Below, piece after piece: positions 17,176-26,961 of a DNA stretch of 64,000 bases; positions within the stretch are counted from its first letter, which is position 1, and every line of letters begins with the position of its first letter. Origin of the DNA: an uncultured Blautia sp. Its GTDB lineage: Bacteria; Bacillota; Clostridia; Lachnospirales; Lachnospiraceae. Location: NCBI GenBank assembly GCA_902476765.1, contig CABSEJ010000003.1, positions 1,838 to 65,837 on the forward strand. Direction: 5' to 3'. The position numbers and the translations under genes are program-made. The notes under the pieces are model-generated. The model was not told the DNA's origin. It saw nothing but the letters and a program-made list of their open reading frames with translations, and ran no database searches.

Positions 17176-18192
17176 ATGGATAATATGAAACAAGACAAAG
17201 AATACTATGTAGAGAGATATGAAGACAGATTTTTCTGGGATACTCCGGAAAATCTGAAGCTTTATCCCTATGGAGCCCGTGACGGTTGGAAAAAATATGA
17301 GGGGAATCCGGTATTGGGCAGAGAATATGGTACCTGTTTTGATATTTCTGTGCTGGAAGATGAAGGAATCTATAAAATGTGGTTTTCCTGGAGAGCCCAT
17401 AAATGTATTGCCTATACAGAAAGCAAAGATGGTATTTCCTGGACGGAACCCATAGAGGTTTTAGGGCCTAATCCTGACTCTGGGTGGGACAAAGATGAAT
17501 TAAACCGTCCTTCTGTCATAAAGAAAGACGGAATCTATAAAATGTGGTATTCAGGGCAAATGGACCCGTATAAAAATGAGGGACGGTCTTGTATTGGCTA
17601 TGCTCAGAGTATAGACGGAATCCACTGGGAAAGATTTTCGGAACCGGTGATGGTGCCGGAGCAGACCTGGGAACAGAAAGCAATCATGTGTCCTCATGTC
17701 ATCTACGAAGAAGACAAACAAATGTATAAAATGTGGTACTCTGGCGGGGGGAATCATGAGCCGGACGCTATCGGATACGGAGAGAGTAAGGATGGTATAC
17801 ACTGGAAGAAATATAATCAGAATCCTATCATGGAAAACCGACCGGATATTCCATGGGAAAGAGATAAGGTAGCAGCCTGCCATGTTTTGAAATGGGATGG
17901 TTATTATTACATGTTTTATATAGGCTTTATCCATGTAGACAGGGCGGCCATTGGTTTGGCCAGGTCAAAAGACGGGATTACAGAATGGGAAAGATACCCT
18001 TTGAATCCAATTTTGGCGCCGGATAAGGAAGGCTTTGATCAGAAAGCAGTATATAAACCTTACGTCCTGAAAAAGGAAACCGGCTGGCTTTTGTGGTATA
18101 ATGGGGCTATGTATATGGACAATCCAGATGAGATTGTAAAAGAGCAAATAGGAGCGGCATTTCTGGAGAGAGAAAATCTTTGGAAGGTATAA
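17176..18192 (+). CDS. Putative five-bladed beta-propeller glycoside hydrolase (GH32/43/130-like)
   Basis: Five internal repeats of NP(V/I)..W...P.V....YKMW(F/Y)S..IGY..SKDGI.W. Confidence 0.7.
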   Translation: MDNMKQDKEYYVERYEDRFFWDTPENLKLYPYGARDGWKKYEGNPVLGREYGTCFDISVLEDEGIYKMWFSWRAHKCIAYTESKDGISWTEPIEVLGPNPDSGWDKDELNRPSVIKKDGIYKMWYSGQMDPYKNEGRSCIGYAQSIDGIHWERFSEPVMVPEQTWEQKAIMCPHVIYEEDKQMYKMWYSGGGNHEPDAIGYGESKDGIHWKKYNQNPIMENRPDIPWERDKVAACHVLKWDGYYYMFYIGFIHVDRAAIGLARSKDGITEWERYPLNPILAPDKEGFDQKAVYKPYVLKKETGWLLWYNGAMYMDNPDEIVKEQIGAAFLERENLWKV

Positions 18193-18197
18193 AAAAT

Positions 18198-19967
18198 ATG
18201 AGATGGAAAATGAAAAAAACGATAAAAAACAGTATGTTAATGTCCTTTATGATTTTAATCATATTAACGGCATGTATTATAAGTGGTTTTCATTTTTATC
18301 AGACATATAAATATACCCATGAAGAAGGAATCAGCGAGATTGAAAAAGAGTCTAAGTTGGTGATGAAAGAGTTGGAGAATCTTTTGGGGCAGATTGGTGT
18401 GGCACAATATCAAATTATAGATATTCTGCTTCAGGACGGTAACGTGAAAAATACATCAGAAAACCGTGAAAAGAGAAATCTGGACGAATATAAAAGAACA
18501 GAGGAAGAACTGCTGTCGTTCCGCCGTTCCTGTACCTTCATACAGGACATCTTCTGGGTGCCTGCAGACTCCTGGTTCTGCAGCACCCAGGACTATGCAG
18601 TGAAAGATAAGCTTTTGTCCGGGGAAGCTATGGAACAGGCGGAAGAGGGCAGCAAACAACCCTATGTATCTGTTCACCCACAGGATTATCTTTTGGAGGG
18701 GAAGCCCGGCCCTTATGTGTTTTCCTATGTGAAAAAAATATACAGTATTTATAATGTTGATGAAGTACGGGGAATTCTCCAGATTGACTTTAAGTACCAG
18801 GAACTGGTAAACATATTGGAGGTTATAAATTCTAATCCCAATGCATTGGCCTATATTACAGACCAGAATCAAAAGCTGGTGTCTTTTCCTGATATGGAAA
18901 AAATCGGGAAGGTAGAGAGTCAGGGAGACCAGTATAAAAAGGACAGAAAAATAGACGGGAATAGCTATAAAAAAGAGTACCCGCTGTCCAACGGATGGAA
19001 TCTAAAGGTTTATATGAACCAGGAATCTGTGAACAAAAACCTTATGGAAAATTTGAAAATATCTGTAATCCTAATTATCATTTTTTTAATAGGAGCCAGC
19101 ATTTATGCTTACGGAGTATCGAAAAAAATTACCTATCCCCTGCGGCTTCTTACAAGAAACCTGACAGAAATGGAAAAGTCAGGACAACTGAACAAAATTC
19201 AGGTTTTCAGCCCATGGGAAGAAATGCAGATTCTGGAGGACAGATACAATAATCTGACAGAACAGCTGGATTCTATGATAGAAGCAACGGCCCAAGCCAG
19301 AAATCAGCTGCTGCGGGCAAAACTGTCCGCTCTCCAGATGCAGATTAATCCTCATTTTTTGTCCAACTGTTTTGAAATGATTTGCAGTCAGGCTTTGCAA
19401 AGCCAAAATTATGAGATACAAAAAGTAACAGAAGCCCTGGCTATGATGTACAGATATGTTTTGAATGATGTGGAAAAAGAGGTTTGCCTGGCAGACGAAA
19501 TTCAATATGTAAAAAATTATGTGAGAATCCAGGAGTTTCGATTCGGAGAGTCTGTACAAATGTTTTATCGTATTGATAAAGAGGCAGCAAACAGAAAAAT
19601 TCCGGGACTGACTATTCAGCCTTTAGTTGAAAATGCATTTAAACATGGATTCAGAGACAACAGAGAAAAAATTATCATAATAGAATGTATCAAAAAAGAG
19701 GGCTGTATTTTGGTTGCGGTTAGGGACAACGGTGTGGGAATTCCCGAAGAAAAGCTGGAACAGCTGCAGAAAATGTTGAAAACAGGGGAAACTTCTGAAA
19801 AAACAGAAAAGAAAAACGGAGGCATAGGACTTAGAAATGTTAATGACAGACTTAAAATATGCTGTGGTCAAAAGGCGGGCTTGAACATTGAGAGTACGCT
19901 GGGAAAAGGAACCAGGGTGTCCTTTCAGATGGAGGTGCAGGATGGGGATGAAGATATTGATTGCTGA
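18198..19967 (+). CDS. Sensor histidine kinase, YesM/LytS-like
   Basis: Two TM helices, QINPHF, QPLVENAFKHG, DNGVG and GIGLRNV; the exact start is uncertain. Confidence 0.9.
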   Translation: MRWKMKKTIKNSMLMSFMILIILTACIISGFHFYQTYKYTHEEGISEIEKESKLVMKELENLLGQIGVAQYQIIDILLQDGNVKNTSENREKRNLDEYKRTEEELLSFRRSCTFIQDIFWVPADSWFCSTQDYAVKDKLLSGEAMEQAEEGSKQPYVSVHPQDYLLEGKPGPYVFSYVKKIYSIYNVDEVRGILQIDFKYQELVNILEVINSNPNALAYITDQNQKLVSFPDMEKIGKVESQGDQYKKDRKIDGNSYKKEYPLSNGWNLKVYMNQESVNKNLMENLKISVILIIIFLIGASIYAYGVSKKITYPLRLLTRNLTEMEKSGQLNKIQVFSPWEEMQILEDRYNNLTEQLDSMIEATAQARNQLLRAKLSALQMQINPHFLSNCFEMICSQALQSQNYEIQKVTEALAMMYRYVLNDVEKEVCLADEIQYVKNYVRIQEFRFGESVQMFYRIDKEAANRKIPGLTIQPLVENAFKHGFRDNREKIIIIECIKKEGCILVAVRDNGVGIPEEKLEQLQKMLKTGETSEKTEKKNGGIGLRNVNDRLKICCGQKAGLNIESTLGKGTRVSFQMEVQDGDEDIDC

Positions 19968-20781
19968 TGATGAAAAAGATATACGATTTCTTATTTCACA
20001 ATATTTGAAAGAGATAAACGGTAACTTAGAGATTGCAGGGGTTGTTTCCAACGGAGAAGAAGCCGTGGAATTTTGCAGAAAATATAAGGTGGATATGGTT
20101 ATTTCTGATATACGGATGCCTTATATGACAGGATTGGAAATGCTGAAAAAGTTAAAGGAGACCAATGAAAATATTTTATGTGTGTTTATCAGTGCATATA
20201 CAGATTTTTCCTATGTACAGGAAGCTATAAGAAATGGTGCGGGAGGCTATTTGCTGAAACCAATCCAGAAAAAAGAACTGTCAGATATTATGGAACAGAT
20301 GTACTCTGTCTGGAAGAAGAAAAAGAAAGAGAAAGGCCGGCTGAAGCTGTTGCAGTCAGAGCTGAGTAAATTGAAAAAAGAATATTTGAACCAGTGGGAA
20401 GAGGAAAAGATTTTTCCCGAAGAAGGAAACCGGTCTATTAACAGGGTAAAGCAATATGTTGAAGAGCATTATCAAAATAATATTTCTTTGGAAGAAGTGG
20501 CAGGGAATGTATATTTAAATAAGAATTATTTATCAGAACTGTTTCACAAAGAGATGGGCTGTTCCTTTAGCCAGTATTTGACCAGATTCCGTTTGGAAAA
20601 GGCCAAGCTTCTTTTAAAAGAAACACATATGAAAGTAAAAGAAATTGCAGATATGACAGGATTTGAAAATCCAAGTTATTTTATTCAGGTTTTTAAGAAG
20701 CTAGAGGGGTGCACCCCAAATGATTATAGGATGAGATTTTTTAAAGGAGAACAGCTGCCGGAAAACAGGGAGAAAGGATAG
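19948..20781 (+). CDS. Response regulator with AraC HTH (YesN-like)
   Basis: ILIADDE, SDIRMP, YLLKP and C-terminal AraC domain. Confidence 0.9.
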   Translation: MKILIADDEKDIRFLISQYLKEINGNLEIAGVVSNGEEAVEFCRKYKVDMVISDIRMPYMTGLEMLKKLKETNENILCVFISAYTDFSYVQEAIRNGAGGYLLKPIQKKELSDIMEQMYSVWKKKKKEKGRLKLLQSELSKLKKEYLNQWEEEKIFPEEGNRSINRVKQYVEEHYQNNISLEEVAGNVYLNKNYLSELFHKEMGCSFSQYLTRFRLEKAKLLLKETHMKVKEIADMTGFENPSYFIQVFKKLEGCTPNDYRMRFFKGEQLPENREKG

Positions 20782-20786
20782 AAGGT

Positions 20787-22739
20787 ATGAAGGTAAAAGG
20801 TGCAGAGCTGAATCAGGTGAAGCTTACAGGTGGGATTTGGAAAGAGTACCAGGATTTGATTTTTGATACAGTGATTCCCTATCAGTGGGAGATATTAAAC
20901 GACAGGATTGAGGGAGCAGAGAAAAGCTATACCGTGAGGAATTTTCGCATTGCAGCGGGAGAACTGCAGGGAGAACATGGAGGCTTTGTATTTCAGGACA
21001 GTGATTTGTATAAGTGGCTGGAAGCGGTAGGGAATATGCTGCAGGTAAGGAAAGCTCCGGATATAGAAGAAAAAGCGGACTGGATTATCGGACTGATGGA
21101 AAAAGCCCAGCAGCCGGACGGTTATCTGAATACCTATTTCCAGCTAAAAGAACCGGATAAAAAATGGACCAATATTTTAGAGTGCCATGAACTGTACTGT
21201 GGAGGACATCTGATGGAAGCGGCAGCAGCTTACACGAAAGGTACGGGAAAAGAGACTTTGCTGGGTATTGCATGTAAGCTGGCAGATTGTATTTGCTCTA
21301 AATTCGGGGAAGAGGAGGGAAAACTCCATGGGTATCCGGGACATCAGGAAGTAGAGATAGGACTCCAAAAGCTGTTTGAAATTACCGGAAATCTAAAATA
21401 TTTACGAATGGCAGAGTATTTTTTGGAGGAAAGGGGAAAAAACGATTTTTTTGAACAGGAATTCAAAAAAAGAGGAGGCATCAGTCATTGGACCAATGCA
21501 GTAGAAGAGGAGCCTAATCGTGTTTACAACCAGTTTTCCTATAAAGAATACAATCAGTTTCATCTTCCTGTATGGGAACAGAAAAAACCAGTGGGACATG
21601 CGGTCAGAGGAGTATATATGTATACGGCAATGGCTGGTCTTGCCGGCAGAGAGGGAGATGAAAGGAAACTGGAAGTATGCCGGAATATCTGGAAAAATAT
21701 TGTAAACAGACAGATGTATATTAACGGCAGTATCGGTTCTACTCCATCGGGAGAGGCCTTTACCCGTGATTATGACCTTCCCAATGACACTAATTATTCA
21801 GAAACCTGCGCCGCTTTGGGACTTGTGTTCTTTTCCCAGGAATTGTATCAGGCGGAAGGGAAAGGTTGTTACGGAGATGTGATTGAGAATACTCTGTATA
21901 ATACTGTGCTGGCTGCTCTGGGTAAAGATGGAAAACACTTTTTTTATACCAACCCAATGGAAATGAAACCCTATTTTTATAAGGCGAATCCCCAGCGTTT
22001 TCATTTGAAGGCATGCAGGCCCAAATGGCATTCCTGTGCCTGCTGTCCGCCAAATATAGCCAGAACTCTTGGAGGACTTGGAAAATATATTTTAGGAGAA
22101 AATGAAGATACGGTCTTTATCCAGATGTTTGCACAGTGTACGGGTGATTTTAAAGGGAAAGGAGGGAATCTGCATATTCAAATGGAAACCAATTATCCCT
22201 GGAGCGGAGATGTGGAGCTGGAAATATCCGGAGTGGGAAAATCCAGGATTGCCATTCGTATTCCTGGCTGGTGTAAAGACTGGAAGCTTTGCGTGAATGG
22301 GCGGCAGCGGGAAGAAATCTGCTATGAGGATGGATATGCCTATCTTCCCTACAATGGTTCCGGTATGAGAGTGGGATTACATATGGAGATGATGCCGGTG
22401 GTACTGCAGTCTAATCCCAGGATTATTTATAATCTGGGAAAAGCAGCAGTGATGAGAGGTCCTATACTTTATTGTATTGAAGAAAAAGATAACGGAAAAT
22501 ATTTAGAAGAACTGCGCATAAGAAGAAATCCTGGTATAAAGATAAAAGAGAAAAAAATTCTTGGAACAGGAGTCCGACTCCAGGTGGAAGGTGTGAGAAA
22601 AGCCGGCAGTGAAGAGGACTTGCGACCTTATTATACTGGACAAGAGAGTAGCAGAGAGACCTTTTTAACGGCAATTCCCTATTTCCTTTGGGGGAACAGA
22701 GGGGAAGGGGAAATGCTGGTTTGGATACTTAGAGAATAG
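20787..22739 (+). CDS. GH127 beta-L-arabinofuranosidase-like glycoside hydrolase
   Basis: FQDSDLYKWLEA, HELYC.GH, GHAVR, YSETCA and CACCPPN. Confidence 0.9.
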   Translation: MKVKGAELNQVKLTGGIWKEYQDLIFDTVIPYQWEILNDRIEGAEKSYTVRNFRIAAGELQGEHGGFVFQDSDLYKWLEAVGNMLQVRKAPDIEEKADWIIGLMEKAQQPDGYLNTYFQLKEPDKKWTNILECHELYCGGHLMEAAAAYTKGTGKETLLGIACKLADCICSKFGEEEGKLHGYPGHQEVEIGLQKLFEITGNLKYLRMAEYFLEERGKNDFFEQEFKKRGGISHWTNAVEEEPNRVYNQFSYKEYNQFHLPVWEQKKPVGHAVRGVYMYTAMAGLAGREGDERKLEVCRNIWKNIVNRQMYINGSIGSTPSGEAFTRDYDLPNDTNYSETCAALGLVFFSQELYQAEGKGCYGDVIENTLYNTVLAALGKDGKHFFYTNPMEMKPYFYKANPQRFHLKACRPKWHSCACCPPNIARTLGGLGKYILGENEDTVFIQMFAQCTGDFKGKGGNLHIQMETNYPWSGDVELEISGVGKSRIAIRIPGWCKDWKLCVNGRQREEICYEDGYAYLPYNGSGMRVGLHMEMMPVVLQSNPRIIYNLGKAAVMRGPILYCIEEKDNGKYLEELRIRRNPGIKIKEKKILGTGVRLQVEGVRKAGSEEDLRPYYTGQESSRETFLTAIPYFLWGNRGEGEMLVWILRE

Positions 22740-22898
22740 CATTCATCCCCTCAAAAACTCCAAAAGTAAAGAACATAAAGAACTTCTTAAGAAAAAATTA
22801 TAGAAACTTTAGATGTTTTGCCAAGGAATCTGTGCTATAATGAGCCGTAGCTAAAAAGAAAATCAAAAAGAAAATATCTTTAACCAGGAGATGAGTAT

Positions 22899-23786
22899 AT
22901 GAGAAAAAGAAGCATTGCCATAGTATTAGCAGGGATTCTGACGGTACTTTCCCCGGTGGCTGCCTTTGCGGACAGCACCCAGGCCAAGACGGATGTGCCC
23001 TATGTATCTTTGGGGGCGGATTTGAACCAGCAAGAGAGGGCCACGGTTCTGAAGCTTTTGGGGGTTACGGAAAATGATTTGAAAAATTATACCGTAGCTA
23101 CAGTGACAAATGCGGAGGAACATGATTATCTGGATTCCTATCTGTCTCAGAGCGTTATAGGCTCCAGGGCTTTGTCGTCGGTATTGGTGGAAGGGAAGAA
23201 GGAAGGCAGCGGAATCACTGTTTCCACCAGCAACATTACCTATTGTACGGCGGGAATGTATGAGAATGCTCTGGCCACAGCCGGCATCAAGGACGCTGAC
23301 ATCAAGGTGGCAGGACCCTTTAATATTTCCGGTACTGCGGCTCTGGTGGGAGCCATTAAATCCTACGAAAACATGACAGGCAAAAAGGTGGATTCCGAAA
23401 ACGCAGACACAGCCACTAATGAGCTGGTAGTTACCGGACAGGTGGCGGAAAGTGTGGGGAACCAGGAAAAGGCAGAACAATTGGTAGGAGCTATAAAAGA
23501 AGAGGTTGTAGAAGGCAGCGCAGTTACCAAAGAGGAAATTGGAGAAGTGGTAGATAAGGCTGCTCAGGAAATGGAAGTGCATCTTTCAGAGGAAGACCGG
23601 CAGGCCATTATTGATTTGATGGAGAAAATCAGCGATTTGGACTTAAACATTGACAGCCTGAAGGAGCAGGCCAAGAATCTTTACGACAAGATTGCAGGGC
23701 TGGACTTGAACATCAATATTGACCAGGAGCAGGTCAAAGGATTTTTTGAGAAAATTATAGATTTTATCAAGGGACTGTTTTCCTGA
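22899..23786 (+). CDS. DUF1002 (YpuA-like) exported protein
   Basis: Signal peptide; LGADL; MYENALATAG; GPFNISGTAAL. Confidence 0.8.
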   Translation: MRKRSIAIVLAGILTVLSPVAAFADSTQAKTDVPYVSLGADLNQQERATVLKLLGVTENDLKNYTVATVTNAEEHDYLDSYLSQSVIGSRALSSVLVEGKKEGSGITVSTSNITYCTAGMYENALATAGIKDADIKVAGPFNISGTAALVGAIKSYENMTGKKVDSENADTATNELVVTGQVAESVGNQEKAEQLVGAIKEEVVEGSAVTKEEIGEVVDKAAQEMEVHLSEEDRQAIIDLMEKISDLDLNIDSLKEQAKNLYDKIAGLDLNINIDQEQVKGFFEKIIDFIKGLFS

Positions 23787-23852
23787 GATAACGCCCCTGG
23801 TATACTTAAGGTATTATAGATTGCGGATAATGAAGCAGACAAGGCCATAATT

Positions 23853-23902
23853 AAGGGCCGGGAAAGGAAGCCGTTTATTACGGACTTCTTATCCCGGCCC
23901 TT
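23853..23902. terminator. Hairpin between convergent genes
   Basis: aagggccggga / tcccggccctt. Confidence 0.6.
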
Positions 23903-23911
23903 GGCAGTTCC

Positions 23912-24589
23912 TCACTTAGCCTGCCTGAAAAATGGGTTTTTCTTTTCAGGCCGCTCTGTCAGCTCCTGAATGGTTTTATTTAAGGAGAGCATTCTGGCGT
24001 CAAGCTGCGCCGCTATTTTGGAGCATTCCTGAAGCTCCTGGCTGATGTAGTCAGGGGCATTGCCCTCGAATTTATAATAGATTTTATGTTCCAGGCTGGC
24101 CCAGAAGTCCTGGGCAACCGTGCGGATTTGTATTTCTACGATAGTATCCACAAAGCTGCCGGAAAGATAGATAGGAACCGCAACCAGCATGTGATAGCTT
24201 TGATAGCCGCTCTCTTTGGGACGTTTGATATAGTCCTTGAGAGAAATGATTTTTAAATCCCCCTGTTTTGCAATCATGTCTGCAATCAGATAAATATCTG
24301 AAGTAAAAGAACAGATGATGCGGATTCCGGCAATGTCGTTTACATATTTTACCATGTTTTTTACACTGGATTCATATCCGTTTTTCTTCAGTTTTTTCAC
24401 AATGCTTTCAGGGGTTTTAATCCTGGACTTAATATGTTCGATAGGATTGTAGTGGTGTACATGCTGAAACTCATCGTTGAGAATGTCTATCTTGGTGCTG
24501 ATTTCCTTTAAAGCAGCATTGTAGAGAAACATCAGAGTTTCCCAGCTGTCCACGTCCTCATAATAGTTCAGGTTTGGGAATTTATCCAC
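23912..24589 (-). CDS. Small alarmone (p)ppGpp synthetase (RelP/RelQ-like)
   Basis: SRIKTPESI, DIAGIR, SGYQSYH, EIQIRT and WASLEH; GTG start after AGGAGG. Confidence 0.9.
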   Translation of the reverse strand: MDKFPNLNYYEDVDSWETLMFLYNAALKEISTKIDILNDEFQHVHHYNPIEHIKSRIKTPESIVKKLKKNGYESSVKNMVKYVNDIAGIRIICSFTSDIYLIADMIAKQGDLKIISLKDYIKRPKESGYQSYHMLVAVPIYLSGSFVDTIVEIQIRTVAQDFWASLEHKIYYKFEGNAPDYISQELQECSKIAAQLDARMLSLNKTIQELTERPEKKNPFFRQAK

Positions 24590-24740
24590 CGTTTTCACCT
24601 CCTTCTTAACTTCCGTTTCCCTTTCGGATGGCTGTATTTTGGGGAGTTGTCTAAAAACCACAAAAAAAAAGCCGCTTTTTCCTAGTATAGCAAAAAAGCG
24701 GCAGAGTGTCAAAAGTTTGACGCACAATAACACTGTTCTA

Positions 24741-25799
24741 TTAAATTTCCAGCTTCATATCTCCGTCTTTAATCAGGCCTAGCTTACGCATACCGTTGGA
24801 AATGCCAAGAGCCAGCAGGCCGGGAAGAATAAAATGCAGGACCAGAATTTTAATCATAACAATCATAGCTCCCTCCTGAGGAACCATGGTCTGCCAGGTC
24901 ATAATCTGCCCCACAAAGCCGGCAGTACCCATGCCGGAGCCGGTGGCGTTGCTGGTCATATGGGCGGCCATAGTGCCTACAGGGCCAAGTATGGCACTGG
25001 AAATAATGGCAGGCAGCCATATGAGAGGTCTTCGCATGATATTGGGCACCTGGAGCATGGAAGTTCCGATGCCCTGCGCTATCAGGCCGGAGAGGCCGTT
25101 TTCCTTATAGCTGGCCACAGCGAAGCCCACCATGTTGCAGCAGCAGCCGATGGTGGCGGCGCCTGCAGCCAGACCGGATAAGTCCAGAATAACGCCCAGA
25201 GCAGCGGAGCTGATAGGCAGAGTAAGGACCATACCCATGATTACAGAAACAACAATTCCCATGAGGAAGGGCTGCTGCTCGGTTCCCCAGTTAATCAGAC
25301 GGCCCAGCTCATTCATCAGACGGCTGATGGGAGGACCTACCCACATGCCTACCAGAGAACCGCCGAAAATACCGGCCATGGGGGCCAGGATAATGTCCAG
25401 CTTGGTCTTTCCGGCAATCAGACGGGAAAGTTCAATGGCAATGTATGCGGCTATAAAGGCGCCTAAAGGTTCTCCCGGTCCGGATAGAATCAGGGAGCCG
25501 TCTTCGGCGAAGACCGTTCCGGCGCTGATTTTGGAGGCAAAGCCGCCTACCATGCCGGCGGTAGCTGCAGATAATACCACCAGGGAGCTTTCCTTAAAGC
25601 GGCAGGCAACACCGACGCCGATACCTGCGCTGGTCATAGCTGCTGCAAATTTTCCAAACTGAAAAATCAGAGTGCCCCAGCTTCCGCCTATGAGATTTCC
25701 AATCTGCTGTATGATAGTTCCGATAATAAGTGTGGCGAAAAGACCGTAAGCCATTCCGCTAAGCCCTTCGATGAAAATACGGTTTAATAATTTTTTCAC
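24741..25799 (-). CDS. PTS EIIC-like membrane protein
   Basis: LSGMAYGLFATLIIG, GEPLGAF, TLPISSAA, QGIGTSMLQ and GMGTAG. Confidence 0.85.
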   Translation of the reverse strand: MKKLLNRIFIEGLSGMAYGLFATLIIGTIIQQIGNLIGGSWGTLIFQFGKFAAAMTSAGIGVGVACRFKESSLVVLSAATAGMVGGFASKISAGTVFAEDGSLILSGPGEPLGAFIAAYIAIELSRLIAGKTKLDIILAPMAGIFGGSLVGMWVGPPISRLMNELGRLINWGTEQQPFLMGIVVSVIMGMVLTLPISSAALGVILDLSGLAAGAATIGCCCNMVGFAVASYKENGLSGLIAQGIGTSMLQVPNIMRRPLIWLPAIISSAILGPVGTMAAHMTSNATGSGMGTAGFVGQIMTWQTMVPQEGAMIVMIKILVLHFILPGLLALGISNGMRKLGLIKDGDMKLEI

Positions 25800-25821
25800 A
25801 ACTGTCTCTCCCCTGTAATCA

Positions 25822-26526
25822 TTAGTCCAGTTTTAAGCCTTTTAACAATGAGCTCAGAGAAGTAGAAATTTCTTCGCTCTTTGGCATATCAAAATCCACA
25901 GGCTCTTCTTGTTCTTCCTTGACTTCCATCAGTGCTTTCATGCTGAGACTGATTTTTCCCTCTTCGTTTTTGATAACCTTAGCTGTCACATGGTCTCCCA
26001 CAGAGAGAACAGCTTTCGGTGATTTGATTCGTTTTTCGGAAATCTGAGATACATGGACAAGACCAGAGATATGGTCGCCCAGGTCTATGAAGGCTCCGTA
26101 GGTCTGGAGAGATTCCACAGTTCCTTCCACAATGCTTCCTACCTTAATATTGTCGATTTTTTCCCGCTTCTGGGCATCTTCTTTTTCCTTCAGGATTTCC
26201 CTGGCAGAGAGAATCAAACGGTTTTCCTGCTCGTCCACCTCAAAAACTCTTACATTTAAAGTTTTTTTCAGATAGTCCTCAGGATTTTCTACATAGTGAA
26301 GGGCCAGTTTAGAAATGGGAATAAAGGCACGGATGCCTTCCACGTAAGCAATAACGCCGCCTTTTACAACGCCTTCTACGGTTACCTCAAACTCGGTTTT
26401 GTCTTCCTTCATCTGGACCAGTTTATCCCAGACCTGCATATCATCGTCCCGGAAATCAGAAAAGGATGCATTGATTTCATTGATGTAATCGTCCATGGAT
26501 TCTTGTTTTTTCATTTCTTCAGACAT
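25822..26526 (-). CDS. S1 RNA-binding domain protein (two S1 domains)
   Basis: VVKGG..EGIRAFIP.S and YGAFIDLG..GLVHVSQIS. Confidence 0.9.
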   Translation of the reverse strand: MSEEMKKQESMDDYINEINASFSDFRDDDMQVWDKLVQMKEDKTEFEVTVEGVVKGGVIAYVEGIRAFIPISKLALHYVENPEDYLKKTLNVRVFEVDEQENRLILSAREILKEKEDAQKREKIDNIKVGSIVEGTVESLQTYGAFIDLGDHISGLVHVSQISEKRIKSPKAVLSVGDHVTAKVIKNEEGKISLSMKALMEVKEEQEEPVDFDMPKSEEISTSLSSLLKGLKLD

Positions 26527-26676
26527 TTTATCTCCTCCTTGTCTTGCATGTAAGTGTAGGTGACGATGCCCACAGCAATATCAGTCTGCGCTGCGGTATC
26601 TGCCGATGCCAGGCTGCCATATCTCCTTGTCCTTTGTCGTTGACTCTGAACAGGCTGCGCCTTTTGCCTATGCCAG

Positions 26677-26818
26677 GTTACTGTTCACTCGTATCTTGTA
26701 AACAGTAACATTCGCAGGCCCATTAAAATTTTTGCTTCGCAAAAGGAGCCTGCTCACACCTGAATCATGTTCTTACGCAGCCCCACAGCAAGTGTGGGGC
26801 TGCTATGTGAACAGTAAC
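26677..26818. mobile_element. 142-bp MITE-like element with 12-bp terminal inverted repeats and an 8-bp target duplication
   Basis: GTTACTGTTCAC...GTGAACAGTAAC flanked by TATGCCAG at 26669-26676 and 26819-26826. Confidence 0.8.
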
Positions 26819-26961
26819 TATGCCAGCTTTGGCTCGCTATCGCTCATTATATCATAATTGCCATGGAATTAGAAGTGTGATAGTATAAAAAAAAAGGCTG
26901 GAATATATGAGAAAATATGAGCCAAAGGGCGAAAGGCCAAGGGAGAAAGGAATAAGGAGCT

